A stretch of 64,000 bases of DNA. Origin: Eledone cirrhosa. Taxonomy: Eukaryota. The stretch covers positions 125,612,001 through 125,676,000 of the forward strand of contig OZ024741.1 in assembly GCA_964016885.1 (NCBI GenBank), written 5' to 3'. The notes under the pieces were generated by a model. The model worked only from the letters and a program-made list of their open reading frames with translations. It did no database searches and had not been told where the DNA came from. Each line of letters opens with the position of its first letter. Position 1 is the first letter of the stretch. Shown here piece by piece: positions 1 through 12,630 of the stretch. The position numbers were made by a program, and so were the translations under genes.

Positions 1-277
1 TCAGTTTCGGCTTGTACCCGTGGGGGGGCCGGGTCATCTGTATTACTACTGCGTGACGCCAGAGGTCACAGTCGTGTGTATATATATCATATACATATAT
101 ACACCAGATTTTCTGGCGTCAAAGATGCTACTTTTTTCATAAAGTAAATCTCAAAATTCTACCATGCGTCCTGGAAACCGAAGGTTGTTTATTATTTTTT
201 TTTTCACATTTTTGGTTGTCAAAATTAGAGTGCGTCATTGAGGACGAAGCACCTTCAGTGCCGGGAAATACAGTATG

Positions 278-329
<52 letters not shown>

Positions 330-333
<4 letters not shown>

Positions 334-1470
334 GGTTTGAGGTTCACCACTGGATAGAGCTGGTCTATTCCGTATGGTCAATCTCAATGTAATAATATGG
401 AGAGTACTCAACGTAAAGCAGTTCAACCGTCTTTGTTTTTGTAGTTGGTGGTGCTATTACGGAGTTAAATATTATAATGAAATGACAGGAGGCTGGATTT
501 GTGTAAATCCTTGAAAGGTTTATTATACTATGATCATTTCAATGACCGGGTTCCGTATGAATCCTGTGATATCATCAGGTATTCGAAATATAATACGTGA
601 ATGTAATAGATAGAATCCATGGGGCTGAAAATCGAGGACCCGAGGGCGACCGCTATCTTGCACCCTCTACCTTAGCCGGTCGCTCTCGAGTGACGTGGCT
701 AAAGCTCACAGTGTGCTACTACCGGTCAGATAAAGGAAAACAGAAAGGGATGGGAACATAAGTTAGCGTTAATCTCATGCCACAAGAAAAAAGAAAGAAA
801 GAAAGGAAGAGAGAAGGGGGAAAGAAGAAGAAGAGAAGCCAGGGTTAATGCCAGCTATAAGAAGAAAGACAGAAAGAAAGAGGAGGAAAGGTCGGTATTA
901 CAGTCAGGCCAGGATTGTCGCGAAGAAATTTTTTATTCTACGAGACCCGTATCTAAACAACTACTACCGGTCAAATATAGGCAAACAAAAAGGGGAAGGA
1001 ATATAAGTCTGCGGGAGGAAGACAGAAAGAAGGGAGAAGAGAAGGAAGAAAAGGAAGAAGTAGAAAAGTCAGGGTTGATGGCTACAAGAAGGAAGATAGA
1101 AAGAAAGAGGAAAAAAGGTTGATATTAATGTCAGACTACAGTCAGGCCAGGAGTGGCGCGAAAAAATTTTCAAAGGGACCAGTATCTTAGCAGAGGTAAA
1201 TATAGTGGGGGTCAGTGTGTTATAATGTGTGAGCAGAAGATTGGAACGTTACGTTTTTGTTTAGACTTATAGGATGAAGTTAAAAATTAATAATCAATAT
1301 TCAATATCAAAGGAATTAGAAAATTCAAAGTTAAACAGTTTAACATTTTAAGGTTGATATATCCAATAGTTCTGATATGATCCGTAATTTAAAGGTACTA
1401 TGTGGCGGTATAAATCCAGGAAGTGTAATGTGAAGTTACTGTAGGTTCACCCAGGTGAGTACTCGATTTT
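330..1470 (-). mobile_element. Probable Penelope-like element (PLE) 3' remnant between (TA)n tracts
   Basis: Minus strand ~1320-1460 gives frameshifted fragments (HLGEPTVTSH, QNYWIYQ) resembling the C-terminus of a PLE GIY-YIG endonuclease. A degenerate hammerhead-like core (CTGATGA...GGAACCCGGTC) lies at ~541-580 minus. There is an internal ~245-bp tandem duplication (ctactaccggtca at 716 and 961). Confidence 0.45.
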
Positions 1471-2169
1471 TATGTATATATATATATATATAACCTATGT
1501 ATGTATATAACCTATATAAATATATATATATATAACCTAAATCTTGTGTCACACCTTGTTAACATAGCAATCTTATTTCTTTGATTAAGCATAGATTCAA
1601 AATCTAAAACCCATTTTATTCTTTTTAAGCATATTATTGTTATGCAGCTCACTGTGTTAAATCCAAGCACACGTGCCACAACTCATACTTATCTCCCTTC
1701 TAGGTCTCACTCGACCCTCCCTTCCCCTCACAGAGCAGGAGGCAGGGCTCTTCTGTTCAAACAAGGTCAGCAACATCTCTAGCGTTTGTGCCATGAAAAT
1801 GCTCCCGGTACACTCTGTAAGGTGGCTGGTGACACAAAGAGCAGCCTGTTGTAGAAACCAAGCTAAAAAGGGTTGAAAGGACCCTTCAGTTGTGTCATGG
1901 TGTGACAACCTCTCTAGCGTTGTTGATCTACACAATAAATGCACCCAGTACATGATGTAAAGCAGTTGGGCATTAGAAGAGTATCCAGCAATAGAAAGCT
2001 TGCCAAACAAAGGGTTGGATGGACTCTTCAGTTGTGTCAAAGACATGACAACCTCCCTTGTGCACTTGATAGAACATGAGACCATATGTTTAGTGAAATA
2101 ACAGACCCTAATCAAAGGTCTGGAAATCTAAGCTTCCATTAAATTTGAAATGTGATTTTTTCAAGCAGT

Positions 2170-2570
2170 TCTATTATAATGGTGTACAACATGGACTCTA
2201 ACAAAGCATCTTGAAAATAAAATTGACAGAACTTATACAAGAATTCTTCAAGCTGCTCTGGACAACTCTTGGAGGCAACACCCTACGATAGAACTTCTCC
2301 ATGGTAATTTATCACCAATATCACACGCCATCAGAGAAAGAAGAACAAGATTCACTGCACATTGTTGGAGAGCAAAGGATGTGATTATCAGCAACGTTCT
2401 TCTTTGGGAACCGAAGCAAATGTTGGTAGACCACATCAAACCTACATAAAGCAACTGTGCGAGGATTCTGAGTGCACCCGAGAAGACCTACCATGAGCAA
2501 TGGCAGATTGAACAGTCAGGAGAGAATGAGTCCCAGCAATCCATGCAATAAGCACGCCTGGATGATGATA
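2170..2570 (+). mobile_element. Degraded RTE LINE 3' fragment
   Basis: Decayed LLxxCTTWTLTK / HCWRAKD / LLWEP-type motifs, ending in a gatgatga tail. Confidence 0.6.
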
Positions 2571-3775
2571 AGCCTGTTTGGGAGGTCAGTAGCCCCACTT
2601 CAGTACTGACTTTGTCTATGTAGACCTGTCAAAACTTTGCTAGCAGGGAAAGCAATGTTAAATGATGATGATGACACACACATACACACTGATTTATATA
2701 ATTTTAAATATATTTTCTAACTAAAATCAAATGAACTAAAGTAATTGAAGGAAAGAATAGATTAACAAAAGACTGAAAAGTTCTGTGACTCCCAATCCCT
2801 AATTAAACAGAGGAAAACAATGCCTGTATGTGCACACATACACACATACACATACACGCACACATGTTTAATATAGGCTGATGTTTACAAGTAGAAACTA
2901 CATATGTTTCAAAACTTGAGCATCAAGACTCTGTTTCTCTTCAGGTATGACTTGTGAATGTGTGTTATATGTTTATGTGTGTGTGTAAGCAAAAGAAAAA
3001 CAGAAATAACAAAGCAAATGACACAATACAATGAAGAAATATATTAATTTTGCGCTTGATATAGTCGGAAAAGAGCCTTAACATTTCAGATGCTAGTCCT
3101 TCATCAGGAAATAGAATGAGAAATTAAAGAAGAAATAGAAAGATAGAGAGGGGACGGACAGGGCAGAAACAGGGGGGGGGGGGGGGGGGTATTTTAGAGA
3201 TAAATGACAGGTCCATTCATGTTGACATCTCTTGGAAAACTGTTTTGTGTATGATATACAATTTTGGAAATGGTGGTGATGGAGCGCATGTGTGTATAAA
3301 ACCAAAAACACAGGGTGTATTTTTAAAACCTGCCTTTATTTATTTTTCTATTATATTCTTTCATTTAGTTTTAGTTCTTAATTATTTATCTATTTCTTGA
3401 CAGAGTGGTAAGTAATAGGGCAGATGTTAAGGTGTTGTTTCTCCAAAATCATACATAGAACATGACAACAACCACTATGGTATGAGTGATGAGTGACTGA
3501 TTGTTCAATCAAGCAGACTTAATTACTTTCATGTTAATGAACTTTGAGAAACAAACCAAACAAATATAGAGTAAAAACTCATTCATCACATGGAACATCC
3601 TCAATGAGTGTAAGGCAATAAGGCAGTAGTACTTTACAGAATACATACAAAATGTATATTAAACCAATATATCGGGAATACACTGACCTACATGTATATT
3701 GCGTTGAGGGTTCTATTCTATCCTGTGTACCCTAATGTCAGTTGATTAACTTACACAATATACACACACACACAT

Positions 3776-3828
<53 letters not shown>

Positions 3829-3831
<3 letters not shown>

Positions 3832-6608
3832 TCATCATCATCATCATCATCACCGTTTTACGTCCGTTCTTCCACGCTAGCATGGGTTACACGGGTTGTC
3901 CTGTTGTGGGCTGTGTCTGGTCGGCTGACCATGCCTTGCTCATACAGGAACTGATCTGGCTTGATTTCTACAGCTGGATGCCCTTCCTAACACCAACCTC
4001 ATTTACAGTGAGTGCTGGGTGCTTTTTCGTGGCGCCTACATGTCCACTTTACAGTGTGGGCTGGGTGCTTTTTTGCCGTGGCACCTCCACGACCACCTTG
4101 CGGTGGGGGGAGTGGGGGCATATTGTTTATATGCTTCAGCATGTACCCATGGGAGGTCGGGTACCCTGTATTACTGCGTGACGCCAGAAGTCACGGTCGT
4201 GTGTCATTGACTTTGAGAGGTGTAGTTGGGTAAGGTCGGCTTTTATCACCTCATCCCAAGTCATCTTGGGTCTCCCCACTCCGCGGTTTCCATCAACTTC
4301 TAGTGCTCTGCACCTTTTTATGCAGCTGTCATCCTTCATACGCATCACATGTCCATACCAGCGTAACCGCCTCTCCTGCACGCAGCATTTGATTCCTCTT
4401 ATGCTCAGTCTCTCTCTCAATTCCTTTATGCTTTGTCGTTCACGTATATTACTGTTACACATCCATCGGAGCATGCAGGCTTCGTTTCTCTCTAATCTAC
4501 GTAAGTCTTCCACCTTCAGCGCCCAGGTCTCACTACCATGCAACATCGCTGTTCGGATACACGCATCATACAGTCTGCCTTTCATTCTGAGGGAGAAGCC
4601 TTTTGCAGCTAGCAGTGGTAGTAGTTCCCTAAACTTCTTCCATCCCGTTCTTACCCTAGTTATTGTACTTTCTGAACACCCACCTCCGTTGCTAATTCGG
4701 TCACCTAGGTAGCAGAAGCTGTCTACTGTTTCTACAGGGCCCTCCCAGAGATTGGTGGTACTTGTTTCCTGTGGCTGTTTGCTTGCTGTTTCAGCACAGC
4801 TGCTGCATGTGAATCCTACATTCTTAATTAAGCTTCCTGAGATCCCGCTACATCTCTTGTGTACCCATTGTTTGCATTTGGGGCAGAGAATGGAGTTCCT
4901 ACCTACACCTTTCCTACATACTGAGCAAGGCCATTTCCCTGAGGGGATCTGGGTTCTGTTTTCTCGTCTACTTACAAGGACCTTAGTCTTTGTCATGTTG
5001 ACTTTGAGGCCCTTTCTCTCGAGTCCCTGCTTCCAGGTTTGGAATTTATTCTCTAGTTCTACCATAGATTCAGCTATGAGTGCGAGGTCATCAGCATACA
5101 GGAGTTCCCATGGGCATCCGGTCTTAAACTCCTCCGTTATTGCCTGCAGGACTATGATGAACAGGAGAGGGCTAAGAACAGAGCCCTGGTGGACCCCAAC
5201 CTGTACGCTAAATTCCTCGCTATACTCATTGCTAATCCTAACTTTGCTGACTGCTCCCCTATACATGGCTTGTACCGCTTTCACAAGCCATTCATCTACT
5301 CCTAGTTTTCTAAGAGCCCACCAGATTACTGCACGTGGAACTCTGTCAAAGGCTTTCTCAAGGTCGACAAATGCCAAGTAGAGTGGCTTACTTTTAGCTA
5401 GGTACTTTTCCTGTAATTGCCTCACAAGGAAGAGGGCATCAGTGGTGCCTTTCCCTGGTACAAACCCAAATTGCATCTCGTCTATATTCACCCGGTCCCT
5501 AATCAGCTGTGCTATAACTCTTTCTGTTACTTTCATGACCTGGTCCATCAACTTTATACCTCTATAGTTTCCTCTATCTAGTGCATCGCCTTTACCTTTG
5601 TAGCAGTTGACAATGATGCTACTGCACCAATCTTTTGGTATGGCCCCTTCTAGTATTACCTGGTTAACGATACGTGTGGTTATAGTGTGACCTACAGACC
5701 AAGATGCCTTCAGCATCTCGGCAGCTATACTCGATGGACCGGTTGCCTTCCCTATCTTCATATCTCTGATTGCCTTACTTACTACGCTGCCGCTGACTTG
5801 TACTGCTGGTCCCTCTATAGGGTCTACGTGGGGTAGGGTCTCTTCTTCCCATGCATTCTCCTCATTTAGTAATCTATCATAATGACTCTTCCATGCATCT
5901 TTCTTCTCAGCACTTGTGAGGGCAAGCTCACCTTTATCATTCCGGATACACTTCTCTCCAATGACATCACAACTATCTCTGACACACTGCCTCGCAATCT
6001 TGAATACCTCCTGTTTCTGGTCCTCACGTTGTAAAACATGCTTGAATTTTCTATCCTCTGCTTCCCTCCTAGCTAAGTATACTTGTCGCCTAGCTTCCCT
6101 CTTGGTCTCTATGTAATGTACCCTGCTCCCCCCGTTCTTCCATTCTTTCCATGCCTGTCTCTTGGCCTTGACTGCTTCATCTACCTTATTGTTCCACCAC
6201 CAAGTCACTCTCCTCCTGCTTGAGGTCTTACTCCAGCCACAAACCTCATCCGTCGCCTCTAGTAAGTTATTTTTTAGGAACTCCCAGTTCTCTTCTACGT
6301 TAAATGTCTCTATCTGTTCTTCTTTACTGTCGTAGGCGTTGAGTAAAATATCTTTAAATCTGTTACTGGTTGAGGGGACTTTCAGCTTCCAGATCTTTCT
6401 TCTCCAGGTTGGCCTCTGTTTCCGGGTTCGTCTAGTTCTGACCGTGAGGTCGCTGACAACTAAGCTATGTTGGGATGTACATTCCTCACTAGGGAAGGCT
6501 TTTGTGTTTACGACCGTCCATCTGTCACGTCCTCTGATGAGGATAAAATCTAACTGACTAGAGTGCTCCCCTGATCTATAGGTGATCAGGTGGTTGTCGG
6601 GTTTTTTA
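3829..6608 (-). mobile_element. RTE-clade LINE, 5'-truncated, with 3' UTR and (ATG)n tail
   Basis: Uninterrupted ORF covering the end of the APE endonuclease (SQLDFIL...QHSLV) and the RT. 3' end is gctagcgtggaagaacggacgtaaaacggt(gat)n next to (TA)n. Confidence 0.93.
4136..6608 (-). CDS. RTE ORF2 fragment: C-terminal APE + reverse transcriptase + PHD-like finger
   Basis: Motifs NYRGIKL, QFGF, AFVDLEKAFD, GVHQGSVLSPLLF, LLYADD, FCYLG, RLRWYGHV, GRPK. The ORF-track start at 6697 lies in a (TG)n microsatellite and is spurious. Confidence 0.9.
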
Positions 6609-6657
6609 TATATGTGCATCAATACACTCACACACACACACTCACACATACACACAG

Positions 6658-6694
<37 letters not shown>

Positions 6695-6699
6695 CATAC

Positions 6700-6870
6700 A
6701 TGGCTAACTGAATACAGACGTGTTTTTTGGGGGGTTTTTTCAAAATAATTTACCTCATTCCTTCCTCTTATCTCTATCTTTCTATTTCATCTTTTATTTC
6801 TCATTCTATCTTCTGATGAAAGACTAGTATCCGAAACATAAAGACTCTTTTCCCACCATATCAAGGCAAT
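6700..6870 (+). mobile_element. Short repeat with minimal hammerhead-like core (other copies ~3050-3240 minus and ~29200-29370 plus)
   Basis: All three share tttctatttcatcttttatttctcattcta.. followed by CTGATGAAGGACTAGTATCCGAAAC(G)T(T/A)AAGA (consensus read from the three copies). Confidence 0.7.
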
Positions 6871-7289
6871 GCCCCAGCATGACCAAAGTCTCATAATAGA
6901 AATTAGTAGAAAAATAAAAGAATATATAAATATAAACTAAAACTATTTCACTTGAAGTATAGAAAAAGAGAATTTAAATAGTTTACTTCATTAATGTGTG
7001 TGAGTGAAGGCCTACTGGTTTGGGTTTGGCTCACGGTTGTAAGGGCATGGCTTTGACACCTGGATCGAGTGAATTTTTTCCTTGAGCTAGACACTTTATT
7101 TGACTTTACTTTGACCAACACAGCTTGTAAAAAATAAGTTGTATATGTAATTCAAAGGGCCAGCCTTGTCACACACAGTGTCATGCTGCCACTGAATCTA
7201 AACTATAATAAAGGAAGGTCTGCGGGATTGCGTACATTTTTTTTTTTATCCCGTTAGAAAAATAAGTTGGATTACTTTAAATAAATAAT

Positions 7290-7465
7290 TGTTTCTACTT
7301 TTGGCACAAGGCCAGGAATTGTCTAGTGCATTACTGGTACTTTATTTTATCGACCCCGTAAGGATGAAAGGCAAAGTTAATCTCGGCGGGATTTGAACTC
7401 AGAATGGCAAGGGCCGTAACTATGCATCAAAGCATGACGTCCGACCCTCTACCGGTACTGCCAAT
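7290..7465 (-). mobile_element. tRNA-derived SINE, 'cccgccgaggttaactttgcctttcatcc' family
   Basis: B-box-like gagttcaaatccc on the minus strand. The same body recurs at ~11380-11570, 24740-25275 and 40641-40742. Confidence 0.75.
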
Positions 7466-7887
7466 AAATAATGAATGAATATTACATAATTTATCAACTA
7501 AATTTCGTAAACAAAAATAATTTCGTAAAAATAAATAATTTAAAATTGACTTCTTTTCAAAGTTGCACTTCCGGTATATCGTTGCCACCACCACCACCAC
7601 TTCAACTACCATATATATAGAAAGAAAAAGTGTGTGATGTCAACACTTCCAGTGGCGATCACTTAAATAAACATACTAATTTTCTGTCACTAATTTTCTC
7701 CTAATGCAGTTTATATATAATATCGTCCTTTTTTAATGTATCATGGATTACGTTACTGATTACATAAGGTAGTGTAACACAGTCTTCATTCAATTTCTCT
7801 GTATATTGTCAATTACGATTTTATTTGATGTATCATATCTACATGTATATATACTTGCATATAATATCAATATACACATTACACATG

Positions 7888-7925
7888 CTAGCAGAAAACC
7901 ACCCGAAGGGTGGTTTTTCTGCTAG
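7888..7925 (+). other. Hairpin ending in CTAG|T, candidate Helitron 3' terminus
   Basis: ctagcagaaaaccaccc-gaa-gggtggtttttctgctag: a GC-rich stem a few nt upstream of CTAG followed by T. Confidence 0.4.
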
Positions 7926-8271
7926 TTATGTTAAGGGTACATGTGTCTATTGGTTGTATTAACTGGGACACTCATCAGACATTGACAGAAATTGAACACA
8001 AGTGAGAGCGAATCTATATATATATGCATCATGCAGAAATGAACATTAAATGTTGAAGAGATACATATATACATATATCATCATCGTCGTCATCATTGTT
8101 TTTACGTCTGTTTTTCGAAGCTTGCATGGGTTGGGTGGGTCCTTCTCAGCACGGCATCTCTCCACTTGTCGCGTTCCTTCATTGTCTCCTCTGCCAGTCT
8201 TAGCAATCTAGCTGTCGAAACAGCCGGAGCTCAGCCATCGGGGTCCTGAATCTTTTCATAAATATATATAT

Positions 8272-9000
8272 ATATGATGCGTGTATACAAACAGCAATGT
8301 TACGTGGTAGTGAAACCTGGGCGCTGTCTGTAGAAGACTTGTTTAGATTAGAAAGAAACGAAGCTTGCATGCTCCAATGAATGTGTAATAGTAATATACG
8401 CGAACGGCAAGGCATAAGCAAATTGAGAGAGAGACTGAGCATAACAGGAATCAAATGCTGTGTGCAGGAGAGGAGGTTATGTTGGTATGGACATGTGACG
8501 CGTATGAAGAATGACAGCTGCATAAAAAGGTGCAGAACACTAGAAGTCAATGGAAGCCGCGGAGTGGCGAGACCCAAGAAGACCTGGGATGAGGTGATAA
8601 AAGCCGACCTAACCCAATTGCACCTCTAGCGACCGTGACCTCTGGCATCACGCAGTAATACAGAAGACCCGACTTCCCCCAGGAACAAGCCAAAGCTGAA
8701 GCATATAGACAATATGACCCTACTCCCTCCCACTGCAAAGTGGTTGTGGAGGTGCCACGGCAAAAAAGCACCCAGACTACACTGTAAAGTGGACATGTAG
8801 GCGCCACGGAAAAAAAGCACCCAGCACTCACTGTAAATGAGGTTGGTGTTAGGAAGGGCATCTAGCTGAAGAAATCAAGCCAGAATCAGTTTCTGTATGA
8901 GCAAGACAAGGTCAGCCGACTGGACACTGCCCACAACAGAACAACCCGTCTAACCCATGCTAGCGTGGAAGAACTGACGTAAAACGGTGATGATGATGAT
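8272..9000 (+). mobile_element. 5'-truncated copy of the RTE family at 3829-6608
   Basis: Near-identical C-terminal peptide (CNSNIRERQ...IKCCVQERRL.WYGHV...WDEVIKADLTQLHL) plus the same 3' UTR and (GAT)n tail. Further fragments at 1-75, ~37850-38220 and ~42660-43020. Confidence 0.88.
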
Positions 9001-10719
9001 ATATATATATATATACGCACACACAAGTATATATATGGGAGAGAGAGAGAGAAAGATACAAGCATAAATAAGTGTTTAATGTGTGTGTGTGTATACACCT
9101 ATATATATTGAAAGAGTGAGAAAGAGAAGGGGATTTTGCACATAACAAGACATACATACATACCTACATACATACATACACAGATATATAGAAACACATA
9201 TCTACACATTCACACATTCAAAGAACACAAGACAGTCACACATACATACAAATATAGATAATCACACACATAACCACACATTAAAGAACACAAAAAAACA
9301 TACATACACAGATATAAATAAACACACACACATATATATATACACACACAAAACACACAAGACAAACATATGTACATACATATATAGATAAACACACATA
9401 CAATCACATACATCACATCACACAAAACACAAGATAAACGTATATACATAATATACATAGTCATAGACAAACACACACCACATACTGATATAGACACACA
9501 CAGGCACATATACACACACATGCACCACACCACATACAGAGAGATAGCTTTGTACTTTAAAGCCACAAAAGTTGTCAAAGAATTGAGACATTTTAACTAC
9601 AGGATCTAATTATAGAAGAAAACACAGTGAAATTCTTATGGTATGTGTGAATATGTGTTGGCGTGTGCGTATGTGTACTTATAGGTATGTGTACATGTAT
9701 CTATGTATGTGAAAGTATATGACTTAGTGGTTAGAATGTCCAACTCATGATTGTAAGGTTGTGTTTTGATTCCCAGCAACACATTGTGTTTGTGACCTTG
9801 GCTATTTGCATAGTCCCGTAACTCCTGAGGGTGTCGTATACAGTGTTTCTATTGCATTTTTAAACCTGGCGGAGCCCATCTCCTCTCCAAGTTTGAATAC
9901 AGCAGATTTTATTCCAAAGAAAGATAGAGAGTAAGAGAATGGAAGTTGGAAAAAGATATAGCGGAAGAATCAAACCCCAATAGTTGACTGGTACTTTTTT
10001 TTATCAACCTGGAATGGCAAAGTTGACCTTGGCAGGATTTGAATTGAGAGATCAGAGAGCTGAAATGAATACTGCAAAACGATGTATTTCCTGTCACTGC
10101 AGTCCACTCAGCTGGCAAAAATGAGTTGTACCTGTAATTCAAATGTCCTGTGTAATGTTGAAAAGATGACCATTGTATCAAGTTTATAACATTAATCAAT
10201 GTTCAACTTTAGTTTTATACTAACACACATCAACCAATAAGACCCCAAACTTCATTTGCTTATCGAATGGGGTGGAACTCGGCAGATTGGAACAATGAAA
10301 CAATGTTTCCTTTAGTTTTTCCATTGCTGATACAATCTATGGGTCGCAACTCCTGGTAGAAAGAGCAACGTGAAATAAATTGTCTTGCTCAAAGATGTGA
10401 TGCATCACCTGGTCCAAGAATTGAACTCGCAACCTCTTGATTTCGGATCCAATTCCCTAACCACTATGCCACGCACCTTCACTGTTGTTGGTCCTCGATT
10501 GGTTTCAATGACAAGTGCTTCAATGAATGGATGTCGTTGAGCATTCCTAAGACGTGTACATTTAACATAATTCTCAGGGTGAATCAGAGTGACACAGTGT
10601 GTGACAAGTCTGACCTTTTGAAATCACAGGTACAAGTAAGTTTTTCCAGATGAGTGGACTAGAATAATGTGAAACAAAGTATTTTGCTAAAGGACACTAC
10701 ATACTGCCAGGAATCAAAC

Positions 10720-10947
10720 TTAACCCTTTAATGTTCAAACAGGCCAAAACCGACCAGAATTCTCTACCTCTTTCTGTTGAAACTGGCTGTAACTGGTCAC
10801 TCAAACTGATGTTAAGGTATTGTTCTCAAAATAAATACTTTCAAAATCTCATAGATTCGATATTATGTGAGATAATTATGCGAGGTAAAGCCTTTACCAT
10901 GAAAATATAATAGTATATATAGAGTAATGTGAATGCTAAAGGGTTAA
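10720..10947. mobile_element. piggyBac-type MITE (TTAA TSD) nested in a SINE head
   Basis: TTAA-CCCTTTA...TAAAGGG-TTAA termini. It interrupts a minus-strand tRNA-SINE head (ggaatcaaact | gactttacaatc...accactaaacc). Confidence 0.8.
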
Positions 10948-11168
10948 GACTTTACAATCATCAGGTCACACACCCAAACCACTAAACCACACCTTACACA
11001 CACACATACACACATAAAAATTAGTCCCAGTATTGTAATAGATTTGTATTTTTGTAACATGTAACTTTTTATCATGATGCTAAACAGAACTATATACACC
11101 TTTTAGAAAAGGAAAACATTAAATAGATCAACTTCTCAATTTGTATATATGCATATACACAGAACACT

Positions 11169-11225
<57 letters not shown>

Positions 11226-11301
11226 TTACACACATATATATATCATCATCATCATCATCATCATCATCATTTTACATCCCCTTTACCCTACTTGCAAGGG
11301 T

Positions 11302-11343
<42 letters not shown>

Positions 11344-11577
11344 TGCACATACACACTCACACACATATATATATATATATAATTGTTTCTACTTTTAGCA
11401 CAAGGCCAGCAATTATTTCAGTGTATTACTGGTACTTTATTTTATCGACCCCGTAAGGATGAAAGGCAAAGTTAACCTAGACAGGATTTGAACTCAGACC
11501 GTAAAGGGACGTAACTATGCTAGAAAGCATGGTGTCCAACCCTCTACCGATACTGCCAATTCACTGCCATTTGACCA

Positions 11578-11960
11578 TCTAGGGCGGGTAAAATTCCCGA
11601 GATCCATGGACGAGTTCTCTCCAGCGGTCTCTGTCCCTCATTATCGCTGCCATGTCCTGTGTCTCCAACAGACCAGTGTCTGTCCTTAGCGCATCAACAT
11701 ACGTTAACCTTGGTCTTCCTCTTCCAGTGTGTCCATGTCGGGGCTCCCACAGGAGCACTGAGTGCAATGTCAACTCTGGATGTCGGTGAGCATGTCCAGC
11801 TAACCTCAGTCTCCTCTGTGTCACTTTTGAGCTGACTTTTGGGAGGCTCCCATACAGCTCTGAGTTTTTCATCCTCAGTGTATACTGATTAATGTTCAGA
11901 GCCATCCTCAGCATTCTCGTGTAGCACCCATCCACCATCTAAGTGAGTTTCTTGGTCATT
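11578..11960 (-). mobile_element. 3' fragment of the RTE family at 29466-32775
   Basis: Peptide MVDGCYTRMLRMALNINQY...EFYPP* is nearly identical to the C-terminus at 32414-32763. Confidence 0.9.
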
Positions 11961-12401
11961 ATATATATATAATAACATTATATATATATATATAATAACA
12001 TAAATAAAGATGCTGATGTTACATAAATCATTTATTCATTATAATTATTTCAACGGTTGTTATTATATACTAATGTTATTATTATACTAAATCTCCATCG
12101 TAACTACAAACTACGAATTTTGAGAGCTTTCTCCTGCTTGCTCCTGTTTTTGCCAAAATCAATCTCTTTGGAACATATATATATTATAAAGAGTCGCAAT
12201 GTGACGGCTGAGCTCTTACCGTCTCAATGGCTAGTTCCGACTCTATATAATATATCTATACTCTAGTACACCAAGTATCGAGAACTCTGCTGAGGAATGG
12301 TCTAACCAATTTCAAACTGAATCCATCCTGATATATATATATATCCCGTCTAACCCATGCTAGTGTGGAAAATGGACGTTAAATGAAAATGATGATCATG
12401 A

Positions 12402-12470
<69 letters not shown>

Positions 12471-12473
<3 letters not shown>

Positions 12474-12630
12474 TGAAACTCCATTATAACAAAATTCACA
12501 GGGCATAAAAAAAAATTTGTTGTAACAAAAAATTCTTTAAAACGAGATCAACCTAACACATCATGTGTGGCTGGGGATTGAAAAACATTTTGCTATACTG
12601 AAAAATTTGTAATAACAGAATTTTACCTGT
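12471..12630. mobile_element. Tc1/mariner-pogo-type MITE (second copy 60898-61070)
   Basis: TA-flanked CAGTGAAAYTC.TTATAAC ... GTTATAAC.GAATTTTACCTG imperfect inverted termini; two copies in the window. Confidence 0.65.

Noticed and set aside
1657-2115. 152-aa ORF
   Set aside because: Made of decayed tandem copies of the SINE/LINE-UTR module also seen at 49570-50070.
4266-6557. Plus-strand ORFs overlapping the RTE (also minus-strand ORFs at 29624-32320 and 58210-59923)
   Set aside because: Antisense shadows of LINE coding sequence.
10380-10480. tRNA-like A/B boxes at many positions
   Set aside because: They are SINE heads; no complete cloverleaf was found, so no tRNA gene is called.
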